A stretch of DNA of 64,000 nt, taken from assembly GCA_030674475.1 (NCBI GenBank), contig JAUSCZ010000022.1:2628-66627 (forward strand), written 5' to 3'. Under the pieces are notes generated by a model. That model was not told the DNA's origin. It saw nothing but the letters and a program-made list of their open reading frames with translations, and ran no database searches. The translations under genes were made by a program, and so were the position numbers. This DNA comes from Candidatus Omnitrophota bacterium. GTDB lineage: Bacteria; Omnitrophota; Gorgyraeia; Gygaellales; UBA12090. Below, piece after piece: positions 19,978-28,163 of this stretch (positions within the stretch are counted from its first letter, which is position 1; every line of letters begins with the position of its first letter).

Positions 19978-21685
19978 TGCCTATTTCCTCCTTGAATCTA
20001 TTAGTGATCGGCATTCTGCGGTCTCTGCCAAAGGCCCGGGGGGTGATTTTTACTCCCGGCGGAGACTGCCGGCGCTTGTATTCGCTGGTATCAACCATTC
20101 GGACAGTTTTTAAAACATCTTCCTGTTTAAAGCTTTTTTTGATTATTTCGGAAACTGCTAAATCATCCTCAATATAATATTTTAAAATCGGGTCTAAGGT
20201 CTCATATACCGGCAGGCTGTCGGAGTCCTTTTGATTTTCCCGCAATTCGGCAGTGGGCGCCTTTTCCAGGACCCGCTGGGGGATAATTTCTTTATTCTCC
20301 CTTTGATTATAAAACCCCGAAAGTTTATAGACCAGGGTTTTGGGCACATCCTTAATTACCGCGAAGCCTCCGGCCATATCCCCGTAAAGAGTGGCATAGC
20401 CTACGCCCATCTCACTCTTATTCCCGGTAGTCAGGACTAACCAGCCGAATTTGTTGGAAAGGGCCATCAAAATATTCCCCCGGATTCTGGCTTGGAGATT
20501 TTCTTCAGCCGTATTCCAGGGTTGGCCTGAGAAATGGGGATTCAGGATATCTAGGTATTTTTCAAAAATCTCCTGTATCGGGATAGTGCTATGTTTTAGG
20601 CCCAGGTTATTCGCTAAGCTAATGGCATCATCAGAACTGTCCGGGGAATTAAATCTGGAGGGTAGGATTGCCCCAATGACATTATCTCTACCTAAAGCCT
20701 CTGCCGCGATTACCGCCACCAGACTAGAGTCAACGCCTCCGCTTAATCCCAGGACTACTTTAGAGAATCCGTTTTTTTGGCAATAATCCCGGGTACCTAA
20801 AACTAAGGCCGAAAATACCTCTTCCGTTGTTTCGAGTTTTTGAATTCTGGCTGGGGGTATAAGTTGAAGTATATTTTTTTGTTCCGGAAGGTGGATAGTT
20901 ATAACTTTTGTTTTTTTGGATTTTGGTTTCTGAGGCAGTTTTTCCAAATCTAGGTCTACAGCCAGGAGGTCTTCTTTAAAGGCTGCAGCCAGAGATAAGA
21001 TTTTCCCTTTATCCGATATCAGCATACTCTGTCCGTCAAAGACCAACTCGTCCTGGCCTCCCACCAGATTTATATAAGCGATGAAAACTTTATTTTTCCT
21101 GGCTTGGTTTTTAAGCATTTTCTGGCGCAGGTTGATTTTACCGGTATGATACGGTGAGGCATTGATAGTCAGGATAAGGCTCGCGCCGGCTTGAGCCTGA
21201 GAGTTGATTACTCCGTCCTCTATCCAGATGTCTTCGCAGATATTCACCCCCAGTCGTAATCCATTTAGCTCATAAAGGTTGAATTTACTGCCGCTGGAAA
21301 AATAGCGCTTTTCATCAAAGACCCCGTAATTAGGCAGGTGTATTTTGTGATAGATGTCTATTGTTTTTTTGTTCGCCAATACCGCGGCGCTGTTAAATAG
21401 CGCTCCCTTTTCTTTAGATATACTGCCGACAATAGCGATAATCCCTGAGGTTTTTTCTTTGATTTGGTTTAAGCGCCGGATATTTTCCTGAATGAAGCTA
21501 TTTTTAAAAAGCAGGTCTTCCGGGGGATAACCACAGACCGCGAGCTCCGGAAAGCAGACTATATGTGAGCCTTGAGCCTTGGCTTGTTCAATAGCGTTGA
21601 TTATCTTGTGGGCATTACCGGCAAAATCACCGACACAAGTATTAATCTGGGCCATGGCTAAACGCAGGATATTATTTTTTTTCAA
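19970..21685 (-). CDS. nadE: Glutamine-dependent NAD+ synthetase
   Basis: Nitrilase domain FPEL...ICEDIW plus [23 protein letters not shown]; likely TTG start at 21685 after AGAGGAG. Confidence 0.95.
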   Translation of the reverse strand: MKKNNILRLAMAQINTCVGDFAGNAHKIINAIEQAKAQGSHIVCFPELAVCGYPPEDLLFKNSFIQENIRRLNQIKEKTSGIIAIVGSISKEKGALFNSAAVLANKKTIDIYHKIHLPNYGVFDEKRYFSSGSKFNLYELNGLRLGVNICEDIWIEDGVINSQAQAGASLILTINASPYHTGKINLRQKMLKNQARKNKVFIAYINLVGGQDELVFDGQSMLISDKGKILSLAAAFKEDLLAVDLDLEKLPQKPKSKKTKVITIHLPEQKNILQLIPPARIQKLETTEEVFSALVLGTRDYCQKNGFSKVVLGLSGGVDSSLVAVIAAEALGRDNVIGAILPSRFNSPDSSDDAISLANNLGLKHSTIPIQEIFEKYLDILNPHFSGQPWNTAEENLQARIRGNILMALSNKFGWLVLTTGNKSEMGVGYATLYGDMAGGFAVIKDVPKTLVYKLSGFYNQRENKEIIPQRVLEKAPTAELRENQKDSDSLPVYETLDPILKYYIEDDLAVSEIIKKSFKQEDVLKTVRMVDTSEYKRRQSPPGVKITPRAFGRDRRMPITNRFKEEIGNV

Positions 21686-21702
21686 CTGAAGATCTCCTCT
21701 TG

Positions 21703-21752
21703 GGTGCGATAAATCGCCTGCCTGCGGTAGGCAGGCACCGCTACGCAACACG
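21703..21752. repeat. GCGATAAATCGC-CCGCTAC REP-like element with nested CTGCCTGCGGTAGGCAG palindrome
   Basis: Matches uninterrupted copies at 43412-43433 and 50333-50362 apart from a 19-nt insert. Confidence 0.75.
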
Positions 21753-21765
21753 GATGATTCAAACT

Positions 21766-22785
21766 TTATTTTCCTTGTAAGGCTAGTCCGTCTAAGGCGG
21801 TAGCACAGCCGGGACATTTACCGTCCTTTAAAACATTTTTAACTACATTAAAGCCGACGCGCGCGATGAGGTCTTGGCCGCACTTATAGCAATAAGTCTT
21901 TTCTTCTTCCAGGACATTTCCGATATAGACATAACGCAGGCCGGCGTCTTTGCCGATAGTGTAGGCTTCTTTGAGTTTGGTTAGGGGTGTGGGTTCTCCA
22001 TCCGTAATTTTATAATCCGGGTGAAAGCGCGAGATATGCCAGGGGATTTCCTTACCCACTCCGCTTAAGAATTCGGCTATATCTTTGAGTTCTTCGCTTG
22101 AATCATTAAAGTCCGGTATCACTAAAGTAGTTATCTCAACCCAGATATTCATCCGGCGCATCAAGGAGATGGTGTCCAAAACCGGTTGAAGCCTTCCCCC
22201 GCAGACTTTTTGGTAATTCGCGTCGTTAAAAGATTTCAGGTCCACATTGGCGGCGTCCAAATACGGCTTAATCATCTCTAAAGCTTCCGGGGTCATATAG
22301 CCGTTGGTAACAAATATGTTGTAGAGGCCTTTTTCTTTAGCTAATTTCGCCGTCTCCAGGGCGTATTCAAAAAATATAGTTGGTTCGGAATAGGTGTAGG
22401 ATATGCTTTGACACTTATGCTGAAGGGCTTCGCTGACAATTCTTTCCGGGCTTTTTGGCTCTACTCTTATTCCTAATTTGTCTGCTTCTTTTTTTTGGGA
22501 TATCTGCCAGTTTTGGCAAAAGCCGCACCTGAAATTACAGCCTAAGGCGGCAAAAGAATAAGACTTTGAGCCGGGCAGCATATGGAAGATGGGCTTTTTC
22601 TCGATGGGGTCAATATTGGCCGCGCACAACTCTCCGTAGGTCAAGGTATAGAGCGTGCCCTCTTTATTCTGACGCGCCTGGCAGATTCCAAATTGCCCGT
22701 CAGCAATCAGACAGCGATGGCCGCAAAGAAAACAGCTGACCTTATGGTCTTGGAGTTTTTTATAAAGAAGCGCCTCTTTTAACAT
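21766..22785 (-). CDS. amrS: AmmeMemoRadiSam system radical SAM enzyme
   Basis: MLKEALLY start; DPIEKKPIFH, GCNFRCGFCQNWQISQ, YTYSEP, HISRFHP. Confidence 0.9.
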   Translation of the reverse strand: MLKEALLYKKLQDHKVSCFLCGHRCLIADGQFGICQARQNKEGTLYTLTYGELCAANIDPIEKKPIFHMLPGSKSYSFAALGCNFRCGFCQNWQISQKKEADKLGIRVEPKSPERIVSEALQHKCQSISYTYSEPTIFFEYALETAKLAKEKGLYNIFVTNGYMTPEALEMIKPYLDAANVDLKSFNDANYQKVCGGRLQPVLDTISLMRRMNIWVEITTLVIPDFNDSSEELKDIAEFLSGVGKEIPWHISRFHPDYKITDGEPTPLTKLKEAYTIGKDAGLRYVYIGNVLEEEKTYCYKCGQDLIARVGFNVVKNVLKDGKCPGCATALDGLALQGK

Positions 22786-23524
22786 TGAGATTATCCACAG
22801 GCTTGATTTCTTCCTTAAGCAGTATTTTCTCCAGCCAGACAAAAAGTATGGAGAAGAAATATTTGCGCGAGAGGGCGCAAATATCGTATTTGGATACCCC
22901 GCTCTCCCTGCCCCGCCAATTAATCGGCACCACCGCGTAAGAATAACCCCTGATGATGGCCTTAAGGGGAATCTCAACGGTAATATTGAAATGCTGGGAT
23001 ATTAAAGGCTGGACTGTCCTGATGACCTCAACCCGGTAGGCCTTAAAGGCGTTAGAGACATCATTATATTTGATTTGAAAGAGAAACTGAATGAGTTTGT
23101 TACCTAAGCGGTTTAAAAGCAGTTTGAGTAGGGGATATTCGCTTACCTTGCTGTCTTTGACAAAGCGCGAGCCAAAGGCGCAATCGTAACCCTCCAATAT
23201 TTTATTGTAGTATTTTATTACATCTGCCGGGTCATCCGAGCCGTCGCCCATACAAATCACCACCACATCGCCTTGAATATTATTCAGGCCTACCCTTATT
23301 GCCCGGCCAAATCCTTTGGGTTCAGTAGAGGTAATGATCCTGACCGCGGCATAATCTTTTTTGAGCTTATCCAAAACCCGGGGAGTGCTATCGCTGGAAT
23401 TATCATTGACTAAGATAAGCTCATAAGGGATTATTTTAGCTTCCAGCTCCCGGATTAGCTCCCGGGCAGTCTTTTCGATGCAGGCTTCTTCATTGTGCAC
23501 CGGAATGACTACGGAGAGTTTCAT
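22760..23524 (-). CDS. Glycosyltransferase family 2 (DPM1-like)
   Basis: SVVIPVHNEE, VNDNSSDST, FGSRF. Confidence 0.88.
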   Translation of the reverse strand: MKLSVVIPVHNEEACIEKTARELIRELEAKIIPYELILVNDNSSDSTPRVLDKLKKDYAAVRIITSTEPKGFGRAIRVGLNNIQGDVVVICMGDGSDDPADVIKYYNKILEGYDCAFGSRFVKDSKVSEYPLLKLLLNRLGNKLIQFLFQIKYNDVSNAFKAYRVEVIRTVQPLISQHFNITVEIPLKAIIRGYSYAVVPINWRGRESGVSKYDICALSRKYFFSILFVWLEKILLKEEIKPVDNLNVKRGASL

Positions 23525-23528
23525 CTTT

Positions 23529-23714
23529 TTAGGAAATTTTTATCGCCTCAACCGGGCAATCCTCAGCTCCTTTTTTGGCGCACTCTTCCTGGTCGGCGGG
23601 CACATTTTCGGTAATAGCAATTGCCTTATCGCCTTCCATTCGGTACATTTCCGGACAAGTGTCCGCGCACAATCCGCATCCAATACAGGTATCCGCGTCA
23701 ACTACAGCTTTCAT
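23529..23714 (-). CDS. Ferredoxin (single [4Fe-4S] cluster type)
   Basis: CIGCGLCADTCP...CPVEAI. Confidence 0.92.
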   Translation of the reverse strand: MKAVVDADTCIGCGLCADTCPEMYRMEGDKAIAITENVPADQEECAKKGAEDCPVEAIKIS

Positions 23715-23724
23715 TGTTTTCCTC

Positions 23725-24450
23725 CTATTTTTCCTGTTTAAGTATCTTTACCTCTATTTTTCCTTTTAATAACTCCTGGAAGCGTTGGGCATCCGCGAGA
23801 GAACCCACAATATCGCCGTAATGCATGGGCACGGCTATTTTAGGCTTAATGGCTAAGGCCGCCTCAGCCGCTTCATCGGCGGTCATTACATAGGTTCCGC
23901 TTACCGGAAGCAGGGCTAGATCACAGCGGTAATCTTTCATCTGGGGGATATTGTCGGTATCTCCGGCATGATATACAGTTATCCCGTCAATAGTAACAAT
24001 AAACCCTAATTTGCGGCTGTCTTGAGTATGAAATTCCTTGCCGATGTTATAACTGGACACAGCCTGGACTTTAACTTTAGATACCTCGATAGTTTCTCCG
24101 GGATTGAGGCCCTTAATCTCCTGGCAATTGATTTTGCCCTGAAGTTGCCGGCTCACGTTTTTATCTGTAATAATCACGGTTTCACTGGAGCTTATCGCGG
24201 ATATATCATCCCGGGAAAAGTGGTCAAAATGCTCATGGGAAATAAATATCAAGTCCGCTTTTTTAGAATTTTTAGACAGTTTCCAGGGGTCAAAGTATAT
24301 TGTCTTAGAGCCATCAAAGCGAAAACTGTCATGTCCCAGCCAGTGCAGATTTTTTAACATCTTATTCACCTCTTTCTCGGTCTGGGCAAAGATTGGTCCG
24401 GCAAAGAATATAGCTGTTCCCAGTGTTATAAACAAAAGGTTTTTTTTCAT
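23725..24450 (-). CDS. MBL-fold metallo-hydrolase (UlaG-like)
   Basis: WLGHDSF, ISHEHFDH, YHAGDT, PMHYG; signal-like N-terminus. Confidence 0.88.
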   Translation of the reverse strand: MKKNLLFITLGTAIFFAGPIFAQTEKEVNKMLKNLHWLGHDSFRFDGSKTIYFDPWKLSKNSKKADLIFISHEHFDHFSRDDISAISSSETVIITDKNVSRQLQGKINCQEIKGLNPGETIEVSKVKVQAVSSYNIGKEFHTQDSRKLGFIVTIDGITVYHAGDTDNIPQMKDYRCDLALLPVSGTYVMTADEAAEAALAIKPKIAVPMHYGDIVGSLADAQRFQELLKGKIEVKILKQEK

Positions 24451-24454
24451 CCCG

Positions 24455-25336
24455 CTATTTTTTTATCAGACACTCGAACTGAATATTGGTGTGCTCGATA
24501 TGAAATCTTTCCTCCAGAAGCTTATTGATTTTTTCCAAAAGTTCGTTGGCCGTGCTTACCTTGCAGTCTTCGATCACTATCTGAGCGGTTAGGGCATACA
24601 TTGAAGAAGCGATGGTCCAGGCATGCAGGTGATGCACTTCATGCACTCCCTTTACTTCATTCTTTAAGACCTGGATCACCTCATCTATGTCCAAATGTTT
24701 GGGTGTGGCCTCTAAAAGGATATTCGCCGACTCAATAATCAGCTTTACCGCCCAGATGACAATCAGCCCGCAGATAAAAAAAGCCAACAACGGGTCAATA
24801 ATATAATTTTTAGTATAAAATATGATAATACCCGCCGCGACTACCGCGATACTGGATATCATATCTCCTATTTCGTGGAGAAACGCGCTTTTTATATTGA
24901 TGTCATGTTTGCAGACTCCGGCCAGCAAAAAGGTGCTTATCCCGTTTATAACCAGGCCAAATCCGGCCACTAAGAGCATCTCACTGGCCTTAATTTCTTC
25001 CGGAGAAACGAATCTCTTTAGCGCCTCATAGGCTAAGTATCCGGTTATAAGTATCAGGACTACGCCGTTGATAAAGGCCGCCAGTATCTCCGCCCGGTAA
25101 AAACCATAAGTCCTTTTTTTGGTGGGAGAGCGCAGGGAAAGGACAATCGCGAAATAGCTCATCCCCAAGGCAAAGATATGGGTCAGCATATGCCCGGCAT
25201 CGGAAATCAGGGCCAAGCTGTTAGAAATAAAACCACCGATAAACTCAAAAAACATCCCTAAGGAAGTTAAAATAAGGGCAATTTTTAACCGGGATAATTT
25301 TGTCTGCTTATCGTGTTGATGGCTGTGTATGGTCAT
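24455..25336 (-). CDS. Cation diffusion facilitator (CzcD/ZitB-like)
   Basis: Start MTIHSHQH at 25336; SLALISDAGHM, TYGFYRAEILAA, HHLHAWTI, HTNIQFE. Confidence 0.92.
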   Translation of the reverse strand: MTIHSHQHDKQTKLSRLKIALILTSLGMFFEFIGGFISNSLALISDAGHMLTHIFALGMSYFAIVLSLRSPTKKRTYGFYRAEILAAFINGVVLILITGYLAYEALKRFVSPEEIKASEMLLVAGFGLVINGISTFLLAGVCKHDINIKSAFLHEIGDMISSIAVVAAGIIIFYTKNYIIDPLLAFFICGLIVIWAVKLIIESANILLEATPKHLDIDEVIQVLKNEVKGVHEVHHLHAWTIASSMYALTAQIVIEDCKVSTANELLEKINKLLEERFHIEHTNIQFECLIKK

Positions 25337-25359
25337 TTTATTCTTGGCGGGAGATATAA

Positions 25360-25564
25360 TCCCGGAATTTGCAATAGTAATGGCATTCGCCGCCAAATAA
25401 GGACGCATCTTCGTCAGAAAAAAGCGCTTGCATACTAAAAGTATGCGCGCACTTTTTTCTGCCAAATCTGCTGGCCAGAAGGCCGTGGTTGGGCTTCCTA
25501 TTAGCCCAAGCCACACCCTTCTTTGTCGTCCTCGGTGTCCGCATTCCTATTGCAAAATCCGGGA
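25360..25564. mobile_element. 205-bp MITE with ~25-bp terminal inverted repeats and TAA flanks
   Basis: TCCCGGAATTTGCAATAGTAATG...CATTCCTATTGCAAAATCCGGGA; TAA directly on both sides (25357-59, 25565-67); internal palindromes. Confidence 0.75.
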
Positions 25565-25571
25565 TAATTAA

Positions 25572-25940
25572 GACAGGCTTACTGTAAGCCGAGTTTTGTC
25601 TTAGCGCGAAAAAACTTCGCGCTAAGAGCGGCTATTTCTCTCGACCCTGACGTTGCCGCCAAGGCTCATGCAGCCTACCCGTCCTGGCAATATCGCGCCT
25701 TACGGCGAACATTTAAAGCGGGCAACTTTTAACCAGGACCTATTTGGCCTTACTCCGCGCAGAGATTGCTCGTTTCACCCTGCAACCAATGTCTTCTGCG
25801 GTTACAGACTCGTCTCTGTGGCTCTAATCCTATCCTTCAAATAAGGATGCCCTGATGTTCTCAGGGTGCGCCGCCCTGGGGAGCCCGGACTTTCCTCCCC
25901 CGCCGCTAAAGCGGCGGGAGCAGCCGCTCATAAGCCTGCC
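25572..25940 (-). ncRNA. rnpB: RNase P RNA (type A)
   Basis: GAGGAAAGTCCGGGC and ACAAAACTCGGCTTA P4 strands; P1 GGCAGGCTTA/TAAGCCTGTC; follows zinc-ribbon gene and rnhA. Confidence 0.95.
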
Positions 25941-26336
25941 TTAATATTTCGTTTGTTCAGAGGCTTTCTTTGCCAGCTTATCGGCCTGCTGATTTTCGGT
26001 TCGCGGGATATGCTTTATCTCAAAAGAGCTTAAACTGTTGGCTAGATGTTTGACCTGCTCAAATAAAGGTTTCAGGTTTATATGCCGAACCTTGTAAGCT
26101 CCCGTCATCTGCCGGCAAAGAAGTTCGCTGTCGCTATAGACCTTAACTTTATTGGCTTTAAGGATAATTGCTTCCTGCAGGGCATAGATCAAGGCGGTAT
26201 ATTCGGCCACATTATTGGTAGTATTACCGATAAATTTATGCAGGTTTTTAATCGGACTGCCGTCTTGTAAAATTACCACTCCGATTCCGGCCGGGCCGGG
26301 ATTACCTTTGGCTGCTCCGTCAATGTAAATTTCCAT
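25941..26336 (-). CDS. rnhA: Ribonuclease HI family protein
   Basis: YIDGAAKGNPGPAG, TNNVAEY, SDSEL, HIPRTENQQAD. Confidence 0.9.
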   Translation of the reverse strand: MEIYIDGAAKGNPGPAGIGVVILQDGSPIKNLHKFIGNTTNNVAEYTALIYALQEAIILKANKVKVYSDSELLCRQMTGAYKVRHINLKPLFEQVKHLANSLSSFEIKHIPRTENQQADKLAKKASEQTKY

Positions 26337-26341
26337 CCTGT

Positions 26342-27070
26342 TTAGAGATCCTCTTCCAGATAAAGTATGCGCGCGCAGGCCCCGCAGGTAACCAACTTTT
26401 CCAGCATCTTGATTTCGTTAACCACCTGAGGAGTTACTGAGATAAAGCATCCCTGACAGGTGTAATTTTCCACCTTAACCAGGGCCAATCCGTGTAAGGC
26501 TTTGAGGATTCTCTCGTAAACAGCGTAAATCCGCTTATCTATGGAAGGAATGATTTGCTTGCCTTTGGCGGTCAGGTCGTTGATGGCGCCTTCCAGTTCT
26601 ATTACCCGTTCCTCCACCTTCTTTTTTTGCTCTAAGAATTTTTTTTCTTCCTCGCTCAAGCGCGCCTTTTCCTTAGTTATCTCTGCTTTAATGACATCCT
26701 GCTCATCCATAATTTTCAGGATTTCCTCTTCGCGCACCGAATTGTCGGCTTTTCCACCGGCAATCTGCTCCAACATAGTTTGATATTCTTTGTTGGTTTT
26801 TAAGGAAAAAAGCTGGCTGTTGAGCTTTTTTACATTTTCCTCCTTAGAGGATAATTCCAGTTCTTTTTCTTTGCGCCGGACCGCCAGGGCCTTAGACCTG
26901 TCCTCTAAACTGTTCAAATGGGCCTTTTTTTCCTCAAAGCTTTTTTGCAAAGAGGCAATTTCCTGAGGCAGTTCATCCTTAGCGGTTTTTAAGGCGTAAA
27001 TTTTGCCATCTATATCTTGCAGTGAAACCAGTTGCTTTATTTGCTCTTTTATGTTCAGGGTTTCAGCCAA
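26342..27070 (-). CDS. Coiled-coil C4 zinc-ribbon protein (DUF164 family)
   Basis: LQDID, KTNKEY coiled coil; CQGC...CGACARIL. Confidence 0.88.
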   Translation of the reverse strand: MAETLNIKEQIKQLVSLQDIDGKIYALKTAKDELPQEIASLQKSFEEKKAHLNSLEDRSKALAVRRKEKELELSSKEENVKKLNSQLFSLKTNKEYQTMLEQIAGGKADNSVREEEILKIMDEQDVIKAEITKEKARLSEEEKKFLEQKKKVEERVIELEGAINDLTAKGKQIIPSIDKRIYAVYERILKALHGLALVKVENYTCQGCFISVTPQVVNEIKMLEKLVTCGACARILYLEEDL

Positions 27071-27101
27071 ATTTTAACCTCGCTCTCTTGGGGTAATAAA
27101 A

Positions 27102-27175
27102 TGGGCGCAATAGGATTCGAACCTATGACCTCCACAATGTGAATGTGACGCTCTAACCAGCTGAGCCATGCGCCC
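27102..27175 (-). tRNA. tRNA-Val(CAC)
   Basis: GGGCGCATGGCTCAGCTGGTTAGAGCG-TCACA-TTCACAT-TGTGG...GGTTCGAATCC; CCA not encoded. Confidence 0.93.
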
Positions 27176-27189
27176 GAAAGTTGCTTTAC

Positions 27190-27263
27190 TGGGCCCAGGA
27201 GGATTCGAACCTTCGACCAAGTGATTATGAGTCACCTGCTCTAACCGACTGAGCTATGGGCCC
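27190..27263 (-). tRNA. tRNA-Ile2(CAT, lysidine-modified) most likely
   Basis: GGGCCCATAGCTCAG...GGTGA-CTCATAA-TCACT; resembles ileX-type anticodon arm rather than Met. Confidence 0.85.
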
Positions 27264-27334
27264 CAATAATACAGAACTAAAAGTTAAGATTTAAGAAGGA
27301 TTTGGGCCTTATCGCGTAGAAATGAAATTTTATA

Positions 27335-27484
27335 CTAACAGATTTTTTGGGTACTGTCCAGAAAAGATTTTGGCTTGCCGACTTGGCGAGGGCCGGTAAT
27401 TACCTGAATAAAACGCCTCTCTTCAACCAATCTAGCAAGAATTTTACCAGTTATATCTCTTTTAAATTCAGGGACTTGTATCAT
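27335..27484 (-). pseudogene. Truncated AAA+ ATPase (AAA_14/DUF4143-type) N-terminus
   Basis: MIQVPEFKRDITGKILARLVEERRFIQVITGPRQVGK then 12 unrelated residues and stop; cut inside Walker A. Confidence 0.7.
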
Positions 27485-27558
27485 AATTATTTATTATTTC
27501 AAGGTATTGAGTAAAGAAGAGAGAGCGTATGGTTAACTTTTGAATAAAATATTTTGAT

Positions 27559-27954
27559 TTATGAAGGAAGGATTTTGCGCAGCATTTCCAGGAGGTCTTC
27601 AGCGGAAACCGGCTTGGCCATCATAAAATGTTTGCCGGATTTCTTGCCCCCTTCTTTTTTGCCTTGAAGTTCTTCTTCTTTGCTGAGGATTCCGGTGAGG
27701 AATAATATTGGGGTATGCGCGGTAGCGGGGTCATTGGAGATGATATCGGCAACCGAGCCGCCGTCTAATCCGGGAAGCACGATATCCATAATTATCAAAT
27801 CCGGATGATTGGCTTTGGCTAATTTTATTGCTTCTTCTCCGCTGGTGGTAGTAGATACAATATAATTAGCGCGTCTTAAGATGTTGCCCAAAGGTATCAG
27901 GACATCTTCTTCATCGTCAACTATTAATATTTTCTTTGGGTATTGAATCGCCAT
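27559..27954 (-). CDS. Single-domain response regulator (receiver)
   Basis: ILIVDDE, PDLIIMDIVLPGLDG, ILFLT, KP. Confidence 0.9.
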   Translation of the reverse strand: MAIQYPKKILIVDDEEDVLIPLGNILRRANYIVSTTTSGEEAIKLAKANHPDLIIMDIVLPGLDGGSVADIISNDPATAHTPILFLTGILSKEEELQGKKEGGKKSGKHFMMAKPVSAEDLLEMLRKILPS

Positions 27955-28023
27955 AGCTATATTCTAAAATAGCACTAAAATAAAATCTGTCAAACAATTT
28001 ATTCTTAAAAGTTAAACGCGGGT

Positions 28024-28140
28024 TTAAGGCTGTTTCTTACATTTAAAGCAATAGGTATCGTGGAGGCATTTAATCAGATTGGTCAAAAAGGCAAAGATTA
28101 TTATTAATAATACAATCTGTCCAAATAATTTCCAGCTCAT
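28024..28140 (-). CDS. 38-aa single-TM small protein with Cys/His-rich tail
   Basis: AAGGAAGG SD then MSWKLFGQIVLLIIIFAFLTNLIKCLHDTYCFKCKKQP*. Confidence 0.55.
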   Translation of the reverse strand: MSWKLFGQIVLLIIIFAFLTNLIKCLHDTYCFKCKKQP

Positions 28141-28163
28141 CACGTCCTTCCTTGATAAAAAAA

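Noticed and set aside
21686-21817. N-terminal extensions of nadE (also amrS, CDF, clpC, RDD) in the ORF track
   Set aside because: They run through repeats or upstream genes; better starts with SD or family-typical N-termini exist downstream
25653-25844. 63-aa ORF
   Set aside because: Lies antisense within RNase P RNA
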